NCBI GenBank assembly: GCA_003560165.1
Contig: PWJC01000044.1
Span: 2,815-66,814, forward strand
Direction: 5' to 3'
Origin: Bacteroidales bacterium
GTDB taxonomy: Bacteria; Bacteroidota; Bacteroidia; Bacteroidales; UBA7960
DNA: 64,000 nt
A model generated the notes under the pieces. The model searched no databases and was not told the DNA's origin. It saw nothing but the letters and a program-made list of their open reading frames with translations. Shown piece by piece: positions 18,164 to 27,469 of the stretch. The first letter of the stretch is position 1; every line of letters starts with the position of its first letter. Position numbers and translations under genes: made by a program.

Positions 18164-20356
18164 CTATAGCATGGAATAACTCACGGCCACCCCAACGGTT
18201 ACCACGGCTGCCATGACCATAAGCTTGATGAGGATGTTCAGGCTTGGTCCCGAGGTGTCCTTGAAGGGGTCGCCCACGGTGTCGCCGATAACGGCGGCCT
18301 TATGGCCCTCTGAGCCCTTGCCCCCGAAATGCCCTTCTTCGATGTACTTTTTCGCATTGTCCCATGCCCCCCCGGCATTGGCCATGAAAATAGCCAGGGC
18401 AAAACCGCTCGAAATGGTGCCGATCAAAAGTCCGGCCACCCCGGATACTCCGAAAAGCAACCCGACTATCACCGGGATAAGCAGGGCGATCAGCGAGGGC
18501 AACATCATCTCTTTTTGTGCTTCCCGTGTTGAAATGGCCACACAACGGGCATAATCGGGATCGGTGGTTCCTTCCATGATTCCCGGGATGCTGAGGAACT
18601 GCCTGCGCACCTCACCCACCATCTTTTGGGCAGCCCTGCCCACGGCGTTCATGGTCATTCCGCTGAACACAAAGACCGACATCACCCCGAGGAAAATCCC
18701 GACGATGACCCGGGGGTTCATCAAATGCACCTCGTAGTGGGTTACAAAATCCATAAAGGAAGCCTCGATGGCCGGGATGCCATTGATCAGCTCGAGCGGC
18801 CTGTCGAGGAATTTCACGAACATCATCCTCACCTCTTCGAAGTACGAGGCCAGCAGGGCCAGGGCAGTCAGGGCCGCAGAGCCAATGGCAAAACCCTTGC
18901 CCGTAGCGGCCGTGGTATTCCCCAGGGCATCCAGGGCATCCGTGCGCCGCCTGACCTCCGGATCCAGTCCGCACATCTCGGCATTCCCGCCAGCATTGTC
19001 AGCAATAGGGCCATAGGCATCTGTGGCCAGGGTGATCCCAAGGGTGGCCAGAAGCCCCACGGCAGCTATCCCGATACCGTAAAGGCCATAATTGAGTTTG
19101 CCCACATCAAAGCTGAATCCGGTAGCAAATGAATAAGCCAGGGTAATGGCCACGGCAATGATAAATAAGGGAACTGCGGCCGAGATCAATCCGGTGCCCA
19201 CTCCGTTGATGATCAGCGGGGCCGGCCCTGTCTGGCTGGAAGAGGCAATTTTTCGGGTGGGGCCGTAGGCCGAGGCGGTAAAATACTCTGTCGACTGCCC
19301 GATGGCGATGCCTGCCAGCAGCCCGGTAACAATGGCACCCCACAAACCCAGGTAATTGGGCAATTGCAACAGGTACAGCACCAAAAAGGAAGCCACGACA
19401 ATGAGTAGGGCACTCATGTTCACGCCAAAACCCAATGAGCGCAGCAGCTCTTTCTGACCGGCCCCTTCCCTGGTGCGGACCATAAAGACCCCGGCTATCG
19501 AGAGCAGGGTGCCGATGGCGGCGATCACCATGGGGGCGATAACGGCCTTTGTTTGTATCTCTGTCCCGTATCCGATAAAGGCGGCTGCTCCAAGCAGGGC
19601 AGTGGCCAGTATGGAGGCAGCAAAAGATTCGAACAGGTCGGCCCCCATGCCGGCCACATCACCGACGTTGTCGCCTACGTTGTCGGCGATGGTGGCGGGA
19701 TTCCTCGGATCGTCCTCGGGGATCCCGGCTTCGATCTTCCCAACCAGGTCGGCTCCCACATCGGCAGCCTTGGTAAATATACCCCCTCCCACACGGGCAA
19801 ACAACGCCTGGGTGCTGGCGCCCATCCCGAAGGTCAGCATGATTGCGGTGATGGTCATCAGCTTGTAGCCATCCATGGCTTCGGGGATCAGCAGGTTCAG
19901 AACAATAAACCACGCCGAAATATCCAGCAGCACCAGTCCGACCACCACCAGGCCCATTACGGCGCCGCTCCTGAAGGCCAGGCGCAGCCCGCTGTTAAGG
20001 GAGGTGCGGCAGGCATTGGCCACCCTGGCGGAGGCATAGGTAGCGGCTTTCATGCCAAAATAACCGGCCAGGCCCGAAAAAAAACCTCCGGTAAGAAAGG
20101 CGAAGGGTACCCATTTGTTCTGCACCCCGAGCCCATAGGCCAGAAAAGAAAAAATCACCGTGATCACAAGGAAAACGATGATTACCACCTTGTACTGCTG
20201 GCGCAGATAGGCAGAAGCGCCCTCCCGGACATGCCTGGCGATTTTCTTCATCTGATCTGTACCCTCGCTTGCAGACATCATCTGCCGGAAAAAATAATAC
20301 GCGAAACCCAGGGCCATCAGCGAACCAAGGGGAACCAACCAAAATATCAACGGCAT
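18164..20356 (-). CDS. hppA: membrane-bound (K+-dependent type) pyrophosphate-energized cation pump
   Basis: 730 aa, multi-TM, with the conserved motifs [43 protein letters not shown] and DTVGDPFKD. Confidence 0.95.
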   Translation of the reverse strand: MPLIFWLVPLGSLMALGFAYYFFRQMMSASEGTDQMKKIARHVREGASAYLRQQYKVVIIVFLVITVIFSFLAYGLGVQNKWVPFAFLTGGFFSGLAGYFGMKAATYASARVANACRTSLNSGLRLAFRSGAVMGLVVVGLVLLDISAWFIVLNLLIPEAMDGYKLMTITAIMLTFGMGASTQALFARVGGGIFTKAADVGADLVGKIEAGIPEDDPRNPATIADNVGDNVGDVAGMGADLFESFAASILATALLGAAAFIGYGTEIQTKAVIAPMVIAAIGTLLSIAGVFMVRTREGAGQKELLRSLGFGVNMSALLIVVASFLVLYLLQLPNYLGLWGAIVTGLLAGIAIGQSTEYFTASAYGPTRKIASSSQTGPAPLIINGVGTGLISAAVPLFIIAVAITLAYSFATGFSFDVGKLNYGLYGIGIAAVGLLATLGITLATDAYGPIADNAGGNAEMCGLDPEVRRRTDALDALGNTTAATGKGFAIGSAALTALALLASYFEEVRMMFVKFLDRPLELINGIPAIEASFMDFVTHYEVHLMNPRVIVGIFLGVMSVFVFSGMTMNAVGRAAQKMVGEVRRQFLSIPGIMEGTTDPDYARCVAISTREAQKEMMLPSLIALLIPVIVGLLFGVSGVAGLLIGTISSGFALAIFMANAGGAWDNAKKYIEEGHFGGKGSEGHKAAVIGDTVGDPFKDTSGPSLNILIKLMVMAAVVTVGVAVSYSML

Positions 20357-20408
20357 GGTTTGTTGTTTTACTGAGTGAATAAACGGAGTTGGATGATCTG
20401 GTCGGGGG

Positions 20409-20416
20409 CAAATTTA
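20409..20416 (-). promoter_or_regulatory. candidate -7 promoter box for hppA
   Basis: The minus strand reads TAAATTTG (exact TAnnTTTG), 52 nt upstream of the hppA ATG. Confidence 0.4.
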
Positions 20417-20569
20417 ACCAAATATTTTATGCTCCGCCCTTGCGGACATTTTTTTTTGTATTAAGTTTTTCAGGCTGTTTACCGGTGGCAGTTTTTATCC
20501 TGCAAACACCAAAACGACCCATTGATTTCTCCGCCCTCTGCTAAATTTCCGCATAAAAAAAAATTCATG

Positions 20570-20577
20570 TACATTTG
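20570..20577 (+). promoter_or_regulatory. candidate -7 promoter box for the bifunctional nuclease gene
   Basis: TACATTTG is an exact TAnnTTTG match, 51 nt upstream of ATG 20629. Confidence 0.4.
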
Positions 20578-20628
20578 TTATTCTCATCGCCTGCCGGGTG
20601 AACAGACCACGCAATAAAGGGGCAGCAT

Positions 20629-21237
20629 ATGAAGAAAATAAAACTCGAGATCCTGGGGATTTCCTACAGCCAGTCACAGTCAGGCGCTTATGCCCTGATA
20701 TTCGGCGAAGAAGGCCAAAAACGGCGGCTTCCGATCATCATCGGCAGTTTTGAGGCCCAGGCCATCGCCATCGAACTCGAAAAGATGAAGCCCAGCCGGC
20801 CGCTGACCCACGACCTGTTCAAAAACTTTGCCACCTCCTTCAATATCACGGTAACCGAGGTTGTCATCTACAAGTTCAGCGAAGGCATTTTTTATGCCAA
20901 GCTGTATTGTTTCGACGGGATGAGGGAACTGGAAATCGATTCCAGGACTTCCGATGCCGTGGCCATTGCGGTGCGTTTCCAATGCCCCATATACACCTAC
21001 GAAGACATCCTGGATGCAGCCGGTATTGTGATGCAGGAAGGCGATGAAACCCTGGCCCCCCCCCGGGAGGAAACCTCCGGCGAACAGGACGTTCCGAAAA
21101 CTTCCCCCACCAAGTACGGTCAAATGGAACTGAAAGAACTGGAGAAAAAACTCATGGAGGCAATCGATGCCGAAGCCTACGAAAAGGCCTCCATTATCCG
21201 CGACGAGATCAACCGGCGCAAAGCAGGCAAGAAATAG
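20629..21237 (+). CDS. bifunctional nuclease family protein (DUF151) with C-terminal UVR motif
   Basis: 202 aa. N-terminus KLEILGISYSQSQSGAYALIFGEE...LPIIIGSFEAQAIAIELE...RPLTHDL is the DUF151/BFN signature. The C-terminal ELEKKLMEAIDAEAYEKASIIRDEI is UvrB/C-like. Confidence 0.75.
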   Translation: MKKIKLEILGISYSQSQSGAYALIFGEEGQKRRLPIIIGSFEAQAIAIELEKMKPSRPLTHDLFKNFATSFNITVTEVVIYKFSEGIFYAKLYCFDGMRELEIDSRTSDAVAIAVRFQCPIYTYEDILDAAGIVMQEGDETLAPPREETSGEQDVPKTSPTKYGQMELKELEKKLMEAIDAEAYEKASIIRDEINRRKAGKK

Positions 21238-21252
21238 TAAATCCCTTGTTTT

Positions 21253-23085
21253 ATGACGTTAACTAACCGCAAGTACCTGTTGCTGCTTTTAGCACCGGTT
21301 TTGATGCTGAATTCGTGCAGCCCCAAAACAACTGAAGTGGCTTTTACCGAAATGGCCAGGACCTGGACCCTGGAAGAGGTCATCGACCCGGCCACAGGGC
21401 AGGCAGTTGCCTTCCCCGAAAACGACACCCTGGCCCTGGTGGAGGATGCAGCCGAGAGGCGGTTTGTCATCTATTCCGAATTCATGGAATTGGATACGCG
21501 GGGAAGCTGGCAACGCATCGGCGACACCCTCCAGCTGATCCCGAGGCTTCCTGAAATGACCCGTGAGGTCGATTCGGTGGTTTACCGTGTCGATCAGCAG
21601 GGCGACCCCCTGCTGATGTATTTTCATGGAGGAGAATTGCTGGCCACCCATACCCGCGACAGCCTTCAGGCCGGCAAGAGGCCGTTGTTTTTTGATATCA
21701 GGGAGTTCACCGACGAGAAGCTGGTACTTGCCGACAATGAATTCATCTACCGCATGGTGTATCACCCCCCCGACGATGTGCCATTGTATTCCTTTGGGAT
21801 CAGGTCGGTTTTCAGGGGGTTGCTGGGCATGTTCGTGCTCATCGGCATCGCCTGGATATTCAGTGCCAACCGCCGGGCCATTTCCTGGCGGGTGGTGGGC
21901 ATCGGGCTGTCGGTCCAGGTCCTTCTGGCCATCGGGGTGTTGCAGGTACCTGCCGTTCAGTACTTTTTCGAGCTGATCGGTACGGTATTCGTTGTGATTC
22001 TCGATTTTACCCGGGCAGGGACCGATTTTCTTTTCTCGGGTTTTCTGGACACCGAAAGGTTCGGTTATATCTTTGCTTTCCAGGTGCTTCCCACCATCAT
22101 TTTTTTCTCGGCCCTTACCAGCCTGCTCTTTTACCTGGGCGTTATCCAGAAGATCGTATACGGGATGGCCTGGCTGATGACAAAAGCTCTCAGGCTCTCA
22201 GGGGCCGAAAGCCTCTCGGTAGCAGGCAATATCTTCCTGGGCCAAACCGAGTCGCCCCTGATGATCAAAGCCTACCTGCCCGACATGACGCGTTCAGAAA
22301 TACTGATGGTCATGACCGGGGGGATGGCCACGCTGGCCGGTGGGGTGCTGGCGGCTTACATCAGCTTCCTGGGAGGGGACGATCCGGTGCAGCGGCTGAT
22401 ATTCGCCCAGCATCTTCTGGCTGCCTCCATCATGGCAGCCCCGGGTGCAGTAGTGATTACCAAGATCCTCTATCCCCAAACCGAGGAGATTGACAAAACC
22501 ATGAAGATCTCCAGAGATCGCATCGGAAACAACATTCTTGATTCCATTACCAATGGGGCCGGCGAAGGCCTCCGCCTGGCCGCCAATGTGGCAGCCATGC
22601 TGCTGGTGTTCATTGCCTTCATCGCCATGTTCAATTTAATTGTCGGGGGGCTGGGCGGTATCATGAACCTCAATCCCCTGATCGCCGAAGCCACCGATGG
22701 GCGTTACACCCAGTTGTCGCTGCAGTTCCTGCTCGGGTACACCTTCGCCCCCCTGATGTGGCTGATCGGTGTCAGTCTGCCCGATATCACCCTGGTGGGC
22801 CGGCTGCTGGGCGAAAAGATCATCATGACCGAATTCATCGGGTATGTGAGCCTTGCCGAGCTCAAGGAAATGAACGCCTTTGCCGATCCCAAATCCATCA
22901 TCATGGCTACCTATATGCTCTGCGGCTTTGCCAATTTCGCCAGCATCGGCATTCAGATCGGAGGGATCGGGTCGCTGGCCCCCACCCGCAAGGTCCTGCT
23001 TTCGGAATTCGGGTTAAGGGCGCTGCTGGGCGGCACCCTTGCCGGGCTGATGAGTGCAGCCATTGTCGGGATGATACTGGGGTAA
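21253..23085 (+). CDS. NupC/CNT family nucleoside transporter with an N-terminal lipoprotein-like extra domain
   Basis: 610 aa. The C-terminal ~425 aa are multi-TM with CNT-like segments (GAESLSVAGNIFLGQTESPL, FANFASIGIQIGGIG). The N-terminal ~185 aa are hydrophilic and lie behind a lipobox-like signal (LMLNSC). Confidence 0.78.
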   Translation: MTLTNRKYLLLLLAPVLMLNSCSPKTTEVAFTEMARTWTLEEVIDPATGQAVAFPENDTLALVEDAAERRFVIYSEFMELDTRGSWQRIGDTLQLIPRLPEMTREVDSVVYRVDQQGDPLLMYFHGGELLATHTRDSLQAGKRPLFFDIREFTDEKLVLADNEFIYRMVYHPPDDVPLYSFGIRSVFRGLLGMFVLIGIAWIFSANRRAISWRVVGIGLSVQVLLAIGVLQVPAVQYFFELIGTVFVVILDFTRAGTDFLFSGFLDTERFGYIFAFQVLPTIIFFSALTSLLFYLGVIQKIVYGMAWLMTKALRLSGAESLSVAGNIFLGQTESPLMIKAYLPDMTRSEILMVMTGGMATLAGGVLAAYISFLGGDDPVQRLIFAQHLLAASIMAAPGAVVITKILYPQTEEIDKTMKISRDRIGNNILDSITNGAGEGLRLAANVAAMLLVFIAFIAMFNLIVGGLGGIMNLNPLIAEATDGRYTQLSLQFLLGYTFAPLMWLIGVSLPDITLVGRLLGEKIIMTEFIGYVSLAELKEMNAFADPKSIIMATYMLCGFANFASIGIQIGGIGSLAPTRKVLLSEFGLRALLGGTLAGLMSAAIVGMILG

Positions 23086-23126
23086 ACCGTTTTGGAATCG
23101 ATCAAATGCTTACTTAACTTTACTGC

Positions 23127-23918
23127 ATGGACCAGTACCTTCATCTGCTGCATCATGTTCTGAACAACGGGGCCAAAAAAAACGACCGCACCGGCACGGG
23201 GACATTGAGCGTTTTCGGGACCCAGATGCGGTTCGACCTGGGCCTGGGCTTCCCGCTGCTGACCACAAAAAGGATCCACCTCAAATCAGTGATCCATGAG
23301 TTGCTCTGGTTTTTAAAAGGAGATACCAATATCGGCTACCTGAAAAAAAACGGGGTAAGCATCTGGGACGAATGGGCCGATGAAAACGGCGATCTCGGGC
23401 CGGTATACGGAGCCCAGTGGCGCAACTGGCCTTCCGGATCGGGCGGCATCGACCAGATCTCGACGGTGATACGTCAGATCAGGGAACAGCCCGACTCACG
23501 CAGGTTGCTGGTAAGCGCCTGGAATGTCGGGCAGCTCGACAGCATGGCCCTCCCTCCCTGCCACATCCTGTTTCAGTTTTACGTATCCGGTGGCCGGCTT
23601 TCGTGCCAGCTTTACCAGCGAAGTGCCGACATATTCCTGGGCGTGCCCTTCAACATAGCCTCCTATGCCCTGCTGACCATGATGGTAGCCCAGGTTTGCC
23701 GGCTCCGGCCCGGAGAGTTCATCCATACCCTTGGGGACGCCCACCTCTACCTGAACCACCTGGACCAGGCCAGGCTTCAGCTGAGCCGGACACCCAGGAC
23801 ATTGCCGGCAATGAACCTCAACCAGGACATCGGCAATATCTTCGACTTCCAATACCACGACTTTCATCTCAGCGGCTACGACCCCCATCCCCATATCAGG
23901 GCCTCGGTAGCTGTATAA
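23127..23918 (+). CDS. thyA: thymidylate synthase
   Basis: 263 aa with [31 protein letters not shown] and the active-site LPPCH, closely ThyA-like throughout. Confidence 0.97.
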   Translation: MDQYLHLLHHVLNNGAKKNDRTGTGTLSVFGTQMRFDLGLGFPLLTTKRIHLKSVIHELLWFLKGDTNIGYLKKNGVSIWDEWADENGDLGPVYGAQWRNWPSGSGGIDQISTVIRQIREQPDSRRLLVSAWNVGQLDSMALPPCHILFQFYVSGGRLSCQLYQRSADIFLGVPFNIASYALLTMMVAQVCRLRPGEFIHTLGDAHLYLNHLDQARLQLSRTPRTLPAMNLNQDIGNIFDFQYHDFHLSGYDPHPHIRASVAV

Positions 23919-23945
23919 ACGAATTTGAACCTAAAAGCACCTGAT

Positions 23946-24449
23946 ATGATCTTATCGCTGATAGCAGCTGTAGCAAACAACCAGGTGATTGGCAGGGAGA
24001 ACCGCCTGCTCTGGCATATGCCCGCCGATCTGAAACACTTCAAGGAACTGACCATGGGCCATGCCCTGATCATGGGCAGAAAGACCTTTGAATCGATCGG
24101 AGGGCCATTGCCCGGCAGGGAAACCATTGTGCTGACCACACAACAGGATTACGATGCCAGAGGTTGTCAGCTGGCTCATTCCATCAGGGAGGCCCTGGAT
24201 AAGGTCAGGGACAGAAAGAATGTTTTTGTGGCCGGCGGTTCGGAGATCTATGCGCAAACCATCGACCTCTACCAGACCCGGCGGATGTACATCACCAGGA
24301 TCTATGCCAATTTCGAGGGCGATTCCTTTTTCCCTCGCCTCGACACCGGAAAGTGGGAACTTACAGAGATCACAGAGCACCCTGCCGACGAAAAGAACCC
24401 CTATCCCTATGCCTTTCTGACCTATAAAAAGAAGGCCCGCCACAGTTAG
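23946..24449 (+). CDS. folA: dihydrofolate reductase
   Basis: MILSLIAAVANNQVIGRENRLLWHMPADLKHFKELTMGHALIMGRKTFESIG is the canonical DHFR N-terminus. 167 aa from ATG 23946; an alternative ATG at 23925 adds 7 aa. Confidence 0.9.
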   Translation: MILSLIAAVANNQVIGRENRLLWHMPADLKHFKELTMGHALIMGRKTFESIGGPLPGRETIVLTTQQDYDARGCQLAHSIREALDKVRDRKNVFVAGGSEIYAQTIDLYQTRRMYITRIYANFEGDSFFPRLDTGKWELTEITEHPADEKNPYPYAFLTYKKKARHS

Positions 24450-24457
24450 CGGCAAGC

Positions 24458-25729
24458 TTACAACTCCCCTTCCAGGTGTGTTTTCATGGGTTGCTGCCTT
24501 GCCGCGGGGAAAAGGACATTGTTGAGGATCAGCCGGTATCCCGGCGAATTGGGAAACAGGTCAAGGTCGGTGGGGGGGTCGCCCACGTGGTGGCGGTAAT
24601 CTTCGGGGTCATGACCTCCCAAAAAGGTAAAAGTGCCGTTTTCCAGCCTGCCGTGAATGTACCTGGCTTCGTCCTTGGCGCGTGTCTGACCCAGTATGGT
24701 CACGGTGGGCTTGATCACTTCCTTCCTGAATGCCGTTGTCTGCCCCATGAACCCCTTGATGACGGTTTCGTGGTTTTGGGTAAGCATGGCGGGTACCGGA
24801 TCCCATTTGGCAGAAAACTCGAACAGGGTGAAAAAATCGGTGCGCTCGTCCCTGCCTGTTTTGGGCACGTCAATATTGGATTTCTCGTAGATGGTCGGAT
24901 CGGGCACAATGACGAAATTCTCAAAGGCAAAGGTGCGGCTGAAGTCGAGCCTCTCCTGGGCATCGGGGTCGGGGGGTTTGCCGTTGTACACCTCGTGCAG
25001 GATGTCAACGCCTTCGGCTGCCAGTGCAATATCCAGGCTTTCGGGGGCCGAGCACATGGCAAACAGGTAACCCCCCCCCAGCACAAAGTCGCGGATGTTC
25101 TTTGCCACATCCAGTTTCAGATCGGCCACCTGAACATACCCCAGTCTGCGAGCCGTTTCTTCGGCCAGCCGCACATCTTCCAGGTACCAGTCGGCATTGC
25201 GGAAGGCCAGCCAAAACTTGCCAAACTGCCCGGTGAAGTCTTCGTGGTGCAGGTGCAGCCAGTCGTACACCGGCAAAATGCCGGCAATGACCTCCTCATC
25301 GTATACCTGGTCGTAGGGAATTTCGGCATAGGTAAGTGCCAGGGTGACCGCATCATCCCATGGCAGACTGTTGGGCGGGGTGTAGATGGCTATCCTGGGC
25401 ACCTTGTGCAGGCGGATCTCTTCCATGTTGGCATCCGGGGCGGCGATCTCACGCAATATGGCCGCAGCCTGCACGTCGGCGATCACCTGGTGGCTTATCC
25501 CCCTGATGATCAGCTCCTGTTCAAAAGCCTCGTGGTGTTCGAACATGAAACTCCCACCCCGGTAATTCAGCAGCCAGCTCACTTCCACATCGTGGGTCAG
25601 CACGTAATAGGCCATGCCATAAGCCTTCAGGTGGTTGCGCTGAGCCTGGTCCATCGGAAGGATTATCTGGGCGGCAAAAAGGGAAGCATGCAGAAAAACA
25701 AGCAACAAGGCAGCGATCAGTCGGGACAT
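24458..25729 (-). CDS. secreted protein of unknown function (conserved Bacteroidota family; from memory often auto-annotated 'asparagine synthetase B')
   Basis: 423 aa with an N-terminal signal peptide (LIAALLLVFLHASLFAAQ) and a balanced, protein-like composition. The antisense 442-aa ORF is G/V/H-rich and was rejected. No catalytic family was recognised with confidence. Confidence 0.55.
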   Translation of the reverse strand: MSRLIAALLLVFLHASLFAAQIILPMDQAQRNHLKAYGMAYYVLTHDVEVSWLLNYRGGSFMFEHHEAFEQELIIRGISHQVIADVQAAAILREIAAPDANMEEIRLHKVPRIAIYTPPNSLPWDDAVTLALTYAEIPYDQVYDEEVIAGILPVYDWLHLHHEDFTGQFGKFWLAFRNADWYLEDVRLAEETARRLGYVQVADLKLDVAKNIRDFVLGGGYLFAMCSAPESLDIALAAEGVDILHEVYNGKPPDPDAQERLDFSRTFAFENFVIVPDPTIYEKSNIDVPKTGRDERTDFFTLFEFSAKWDPVPAMLTQNHETVIKGFMGQTTAFRKEVIKPTVTILGQTRAKDEARYIHGRLENGTFTFLGGHDPEDYRHHVGDPPTDLDLFPNSPGYRLILNNVLFPAARQQPMKTHLEGEL

Positions 25730-25862
25730 TGGAACAGTGTTTTATTTGATAACGGAATTTTTCTGTTTTCATTGGCCGCTACGACCCATGATCTGTTCTG
25801 TTAAAATAGCAAAAACAGGCTTTTTGTTCAACAGACAAGGTGTCCGAAGGCCAGAAGGGGGA

Positions 25863-27395
25863 TCAAAAGGGGACTTCGTCGTCGTCCATGTCGTTGAGCT
25901 TCGAAGGGATAGTCAGGGTGTTGGCCTGGCTGTCAAAGCTGTCGGAGGGCCCCATCTGACCGGACATGTCGAATTGGGCAGAGTCGTGATCGGTAAATTT
26001 GGCAAAATTGTGAATAAAGCGCAGGTTGATGTCTTTCAGGGCGCCGTTGCGGTGCTTGGCAATGATCAGCTGGGCCAGGCCCTGTGTGGGGTTCCCGTGT
26101 TCGTCCTCGGTAATCTGATAGTATTCCGGACGGTAGATAAAGAGCACCATGTCGGCATCCTGTTCAATGGCGCCCGACTCCCTGAGGTCGGAAAGAATGG
26201 GGCGTTTGGATCCGCCCCTGGTTTCCACGGCCCGGCTCAGCTGCGAGATGGCAATGATGGGGATGTCCAGTTCCTTGGCCAGGGATTTCATGGAGCGGGA
26301 AATATTGCTGATCTCCTGTTCGCGGTTGCCACGGTGATTGTCACTTCCGGCCGACATCAGCTGGAGGTAGTCGACAATCACCAACTGTATGTTGTGCTGG
26401 GCCTTCAGGCGGCGGCACTTGGCGCGCAGCTCAAAGATGGACAATGCCGGGGTGTCGTCGATGTAAAGGGGGGCATCGGTGAGGGCCCCGAGGCGGGCAT
26501 TGAGTTGTTCCCATTCGTAGTCTTCGAGCTGACCCCGCTTGAGCTTATCGGCCGGCAGTTCGGTCTCGCTGGCAATAAGCCTGGTAACCAGCTGAACACC
26601 TGACATTTCCAGCGAAAAAATAGCGGTAGGCTTCTTAAAATCCACGGCCATGTTCCTGGCCATGGAGAGCACAAAAGCGGTTTTTCCCATACCCGGCCTG
26701 GCAGCCAGCACCACCAGGTCAGAGCGTTGCCATCCGGCCGTTACCCGGTCGAGGTCGGCAAAACCACTGGGCATCCCGCTGATATGCCCATCCTGGTTTT
26801 TTGCCCCTTCGATCTGCCTGACGGCATCCCGGATCAGGGAATGCATGTCGGCATAATTTCGCCTCAAATTGGTCTCACTGACGGCAAACAGCTCTTTTTC
26901 TGCGTGGTCGAGTATATCGAACACATCCTTTGTGTCGTCGTAGGAGTCCTTGATAATTTCCGAGCTGATGCGGATCAGCTCGCGCTGCAGGAACTTCTGC
27001 AACACAATGCGGGCGTGAAACTCTACATTGGCCGCACTGGCCACCCTGTTGGTGAGCATGGAGATGTAATAGGCACCCCCTACCAGTTCGAGCTGCCCCG
27101 ATTTTTTCAGGGCCTGGGTCACAGTGAGGATATCTACCGGTTGTCCGGAAGAGAACAGCACATGGATGGCCGAAAAAATATGCCGGTGAGATTCCTTGTA
27201 GAAGACCTCGGGCTTGAGGATGTCGATGACGTTGGTCAGGGCATTTTGTTCAAGCAGCATGGCACCCAACACAGCTTCCTCGAGATCGGGGGCCTGGGGG
27301 GGGATGCGGCCATGGTCGGCGTAATCAAAAGAAGTCAGGGTTCTCCTGTCTTGCCTGCCAGCCGATTGCCGGGTTTTCTGCTCTCTTTGTTCCAT
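25863..27395 (-). CDS. dnaB: replicative DNA helicase
   Basis: 510 aa with an N-terminal DnaB domain (PPQAPDLEEAVLGAMLLE), Walker A ARPGMGKTAF, Walker B IVDYLQLM, SQLSR and LSDLRESGAIEQDAD. No intein is present. Confidence 0.95.
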   Translation of the reverse strand: MEQREQKTRQSAGRQDRRTLTSFDYADHGRIPPQAPDLEEAVLGAMLLEQNALTNVIDILKPEVFYKESHRHIFSAIHVLFSSGQPVDILTVTQALKKSGQLELVGGAYYISMLTNRVASAANVEFHARIVLQKFLQRELIRISSEIIKDSYDDTKDVFDILDHAEKELFAVSETNLRRNYADMHSLIRDAVRQIEGAKNQDGHISGMPSGFADLDRVTAGWQRSDLVVLAARPGMGKTAFVLSMARNMAVDFKKPTAIFSLEMSGVQLVTRLIASETELPADKLKRGQLEDYEWEQLNARLGALTDAPLYIDDTPALSIFELRAKCRRLKAQHNIQLVIVDYLQLMSAGSDNHRGNREQEISNISRSMKSLAKELDIPIIAISQLSRAVETRGGSKRPILSDLRESGAIEQDADMVLFIYRPEYYQITEDEHGNPTQGLAQLIIAKHRNGALKDINLRFIHNFAKFTDHDSAQFDMSGQMGPSDSFDSQANTLTIPSKLNDMDDDEVPF

Positions 27396-27399
27396 TCGT

Positions 27400-27407
27400 C
27401 AAAAATA
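27400..27407 (-). promoter_or_regulatory. candidate -7 promoter box abutting the dnaB start codon
   Basis: The minus strand reads TATTTTTGacgaATG, an exact TAnnTTTG match 4 nt upstream of the dnaB ATG. Confidence 0.35.
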
Positions 27408-27469
27408 AGCAATCCCGGCAGTGGCCACAACAAAAATGGCATAAATAATTATCAACAATTCTCCGGCCT

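Noticed and set aside
25863-27395. Intein or insertion in dnaB.
   Set aside because: The 510-aa protein is contiguous, with normal spacing between the Walker A, Walker B and arginine-finger motifs.
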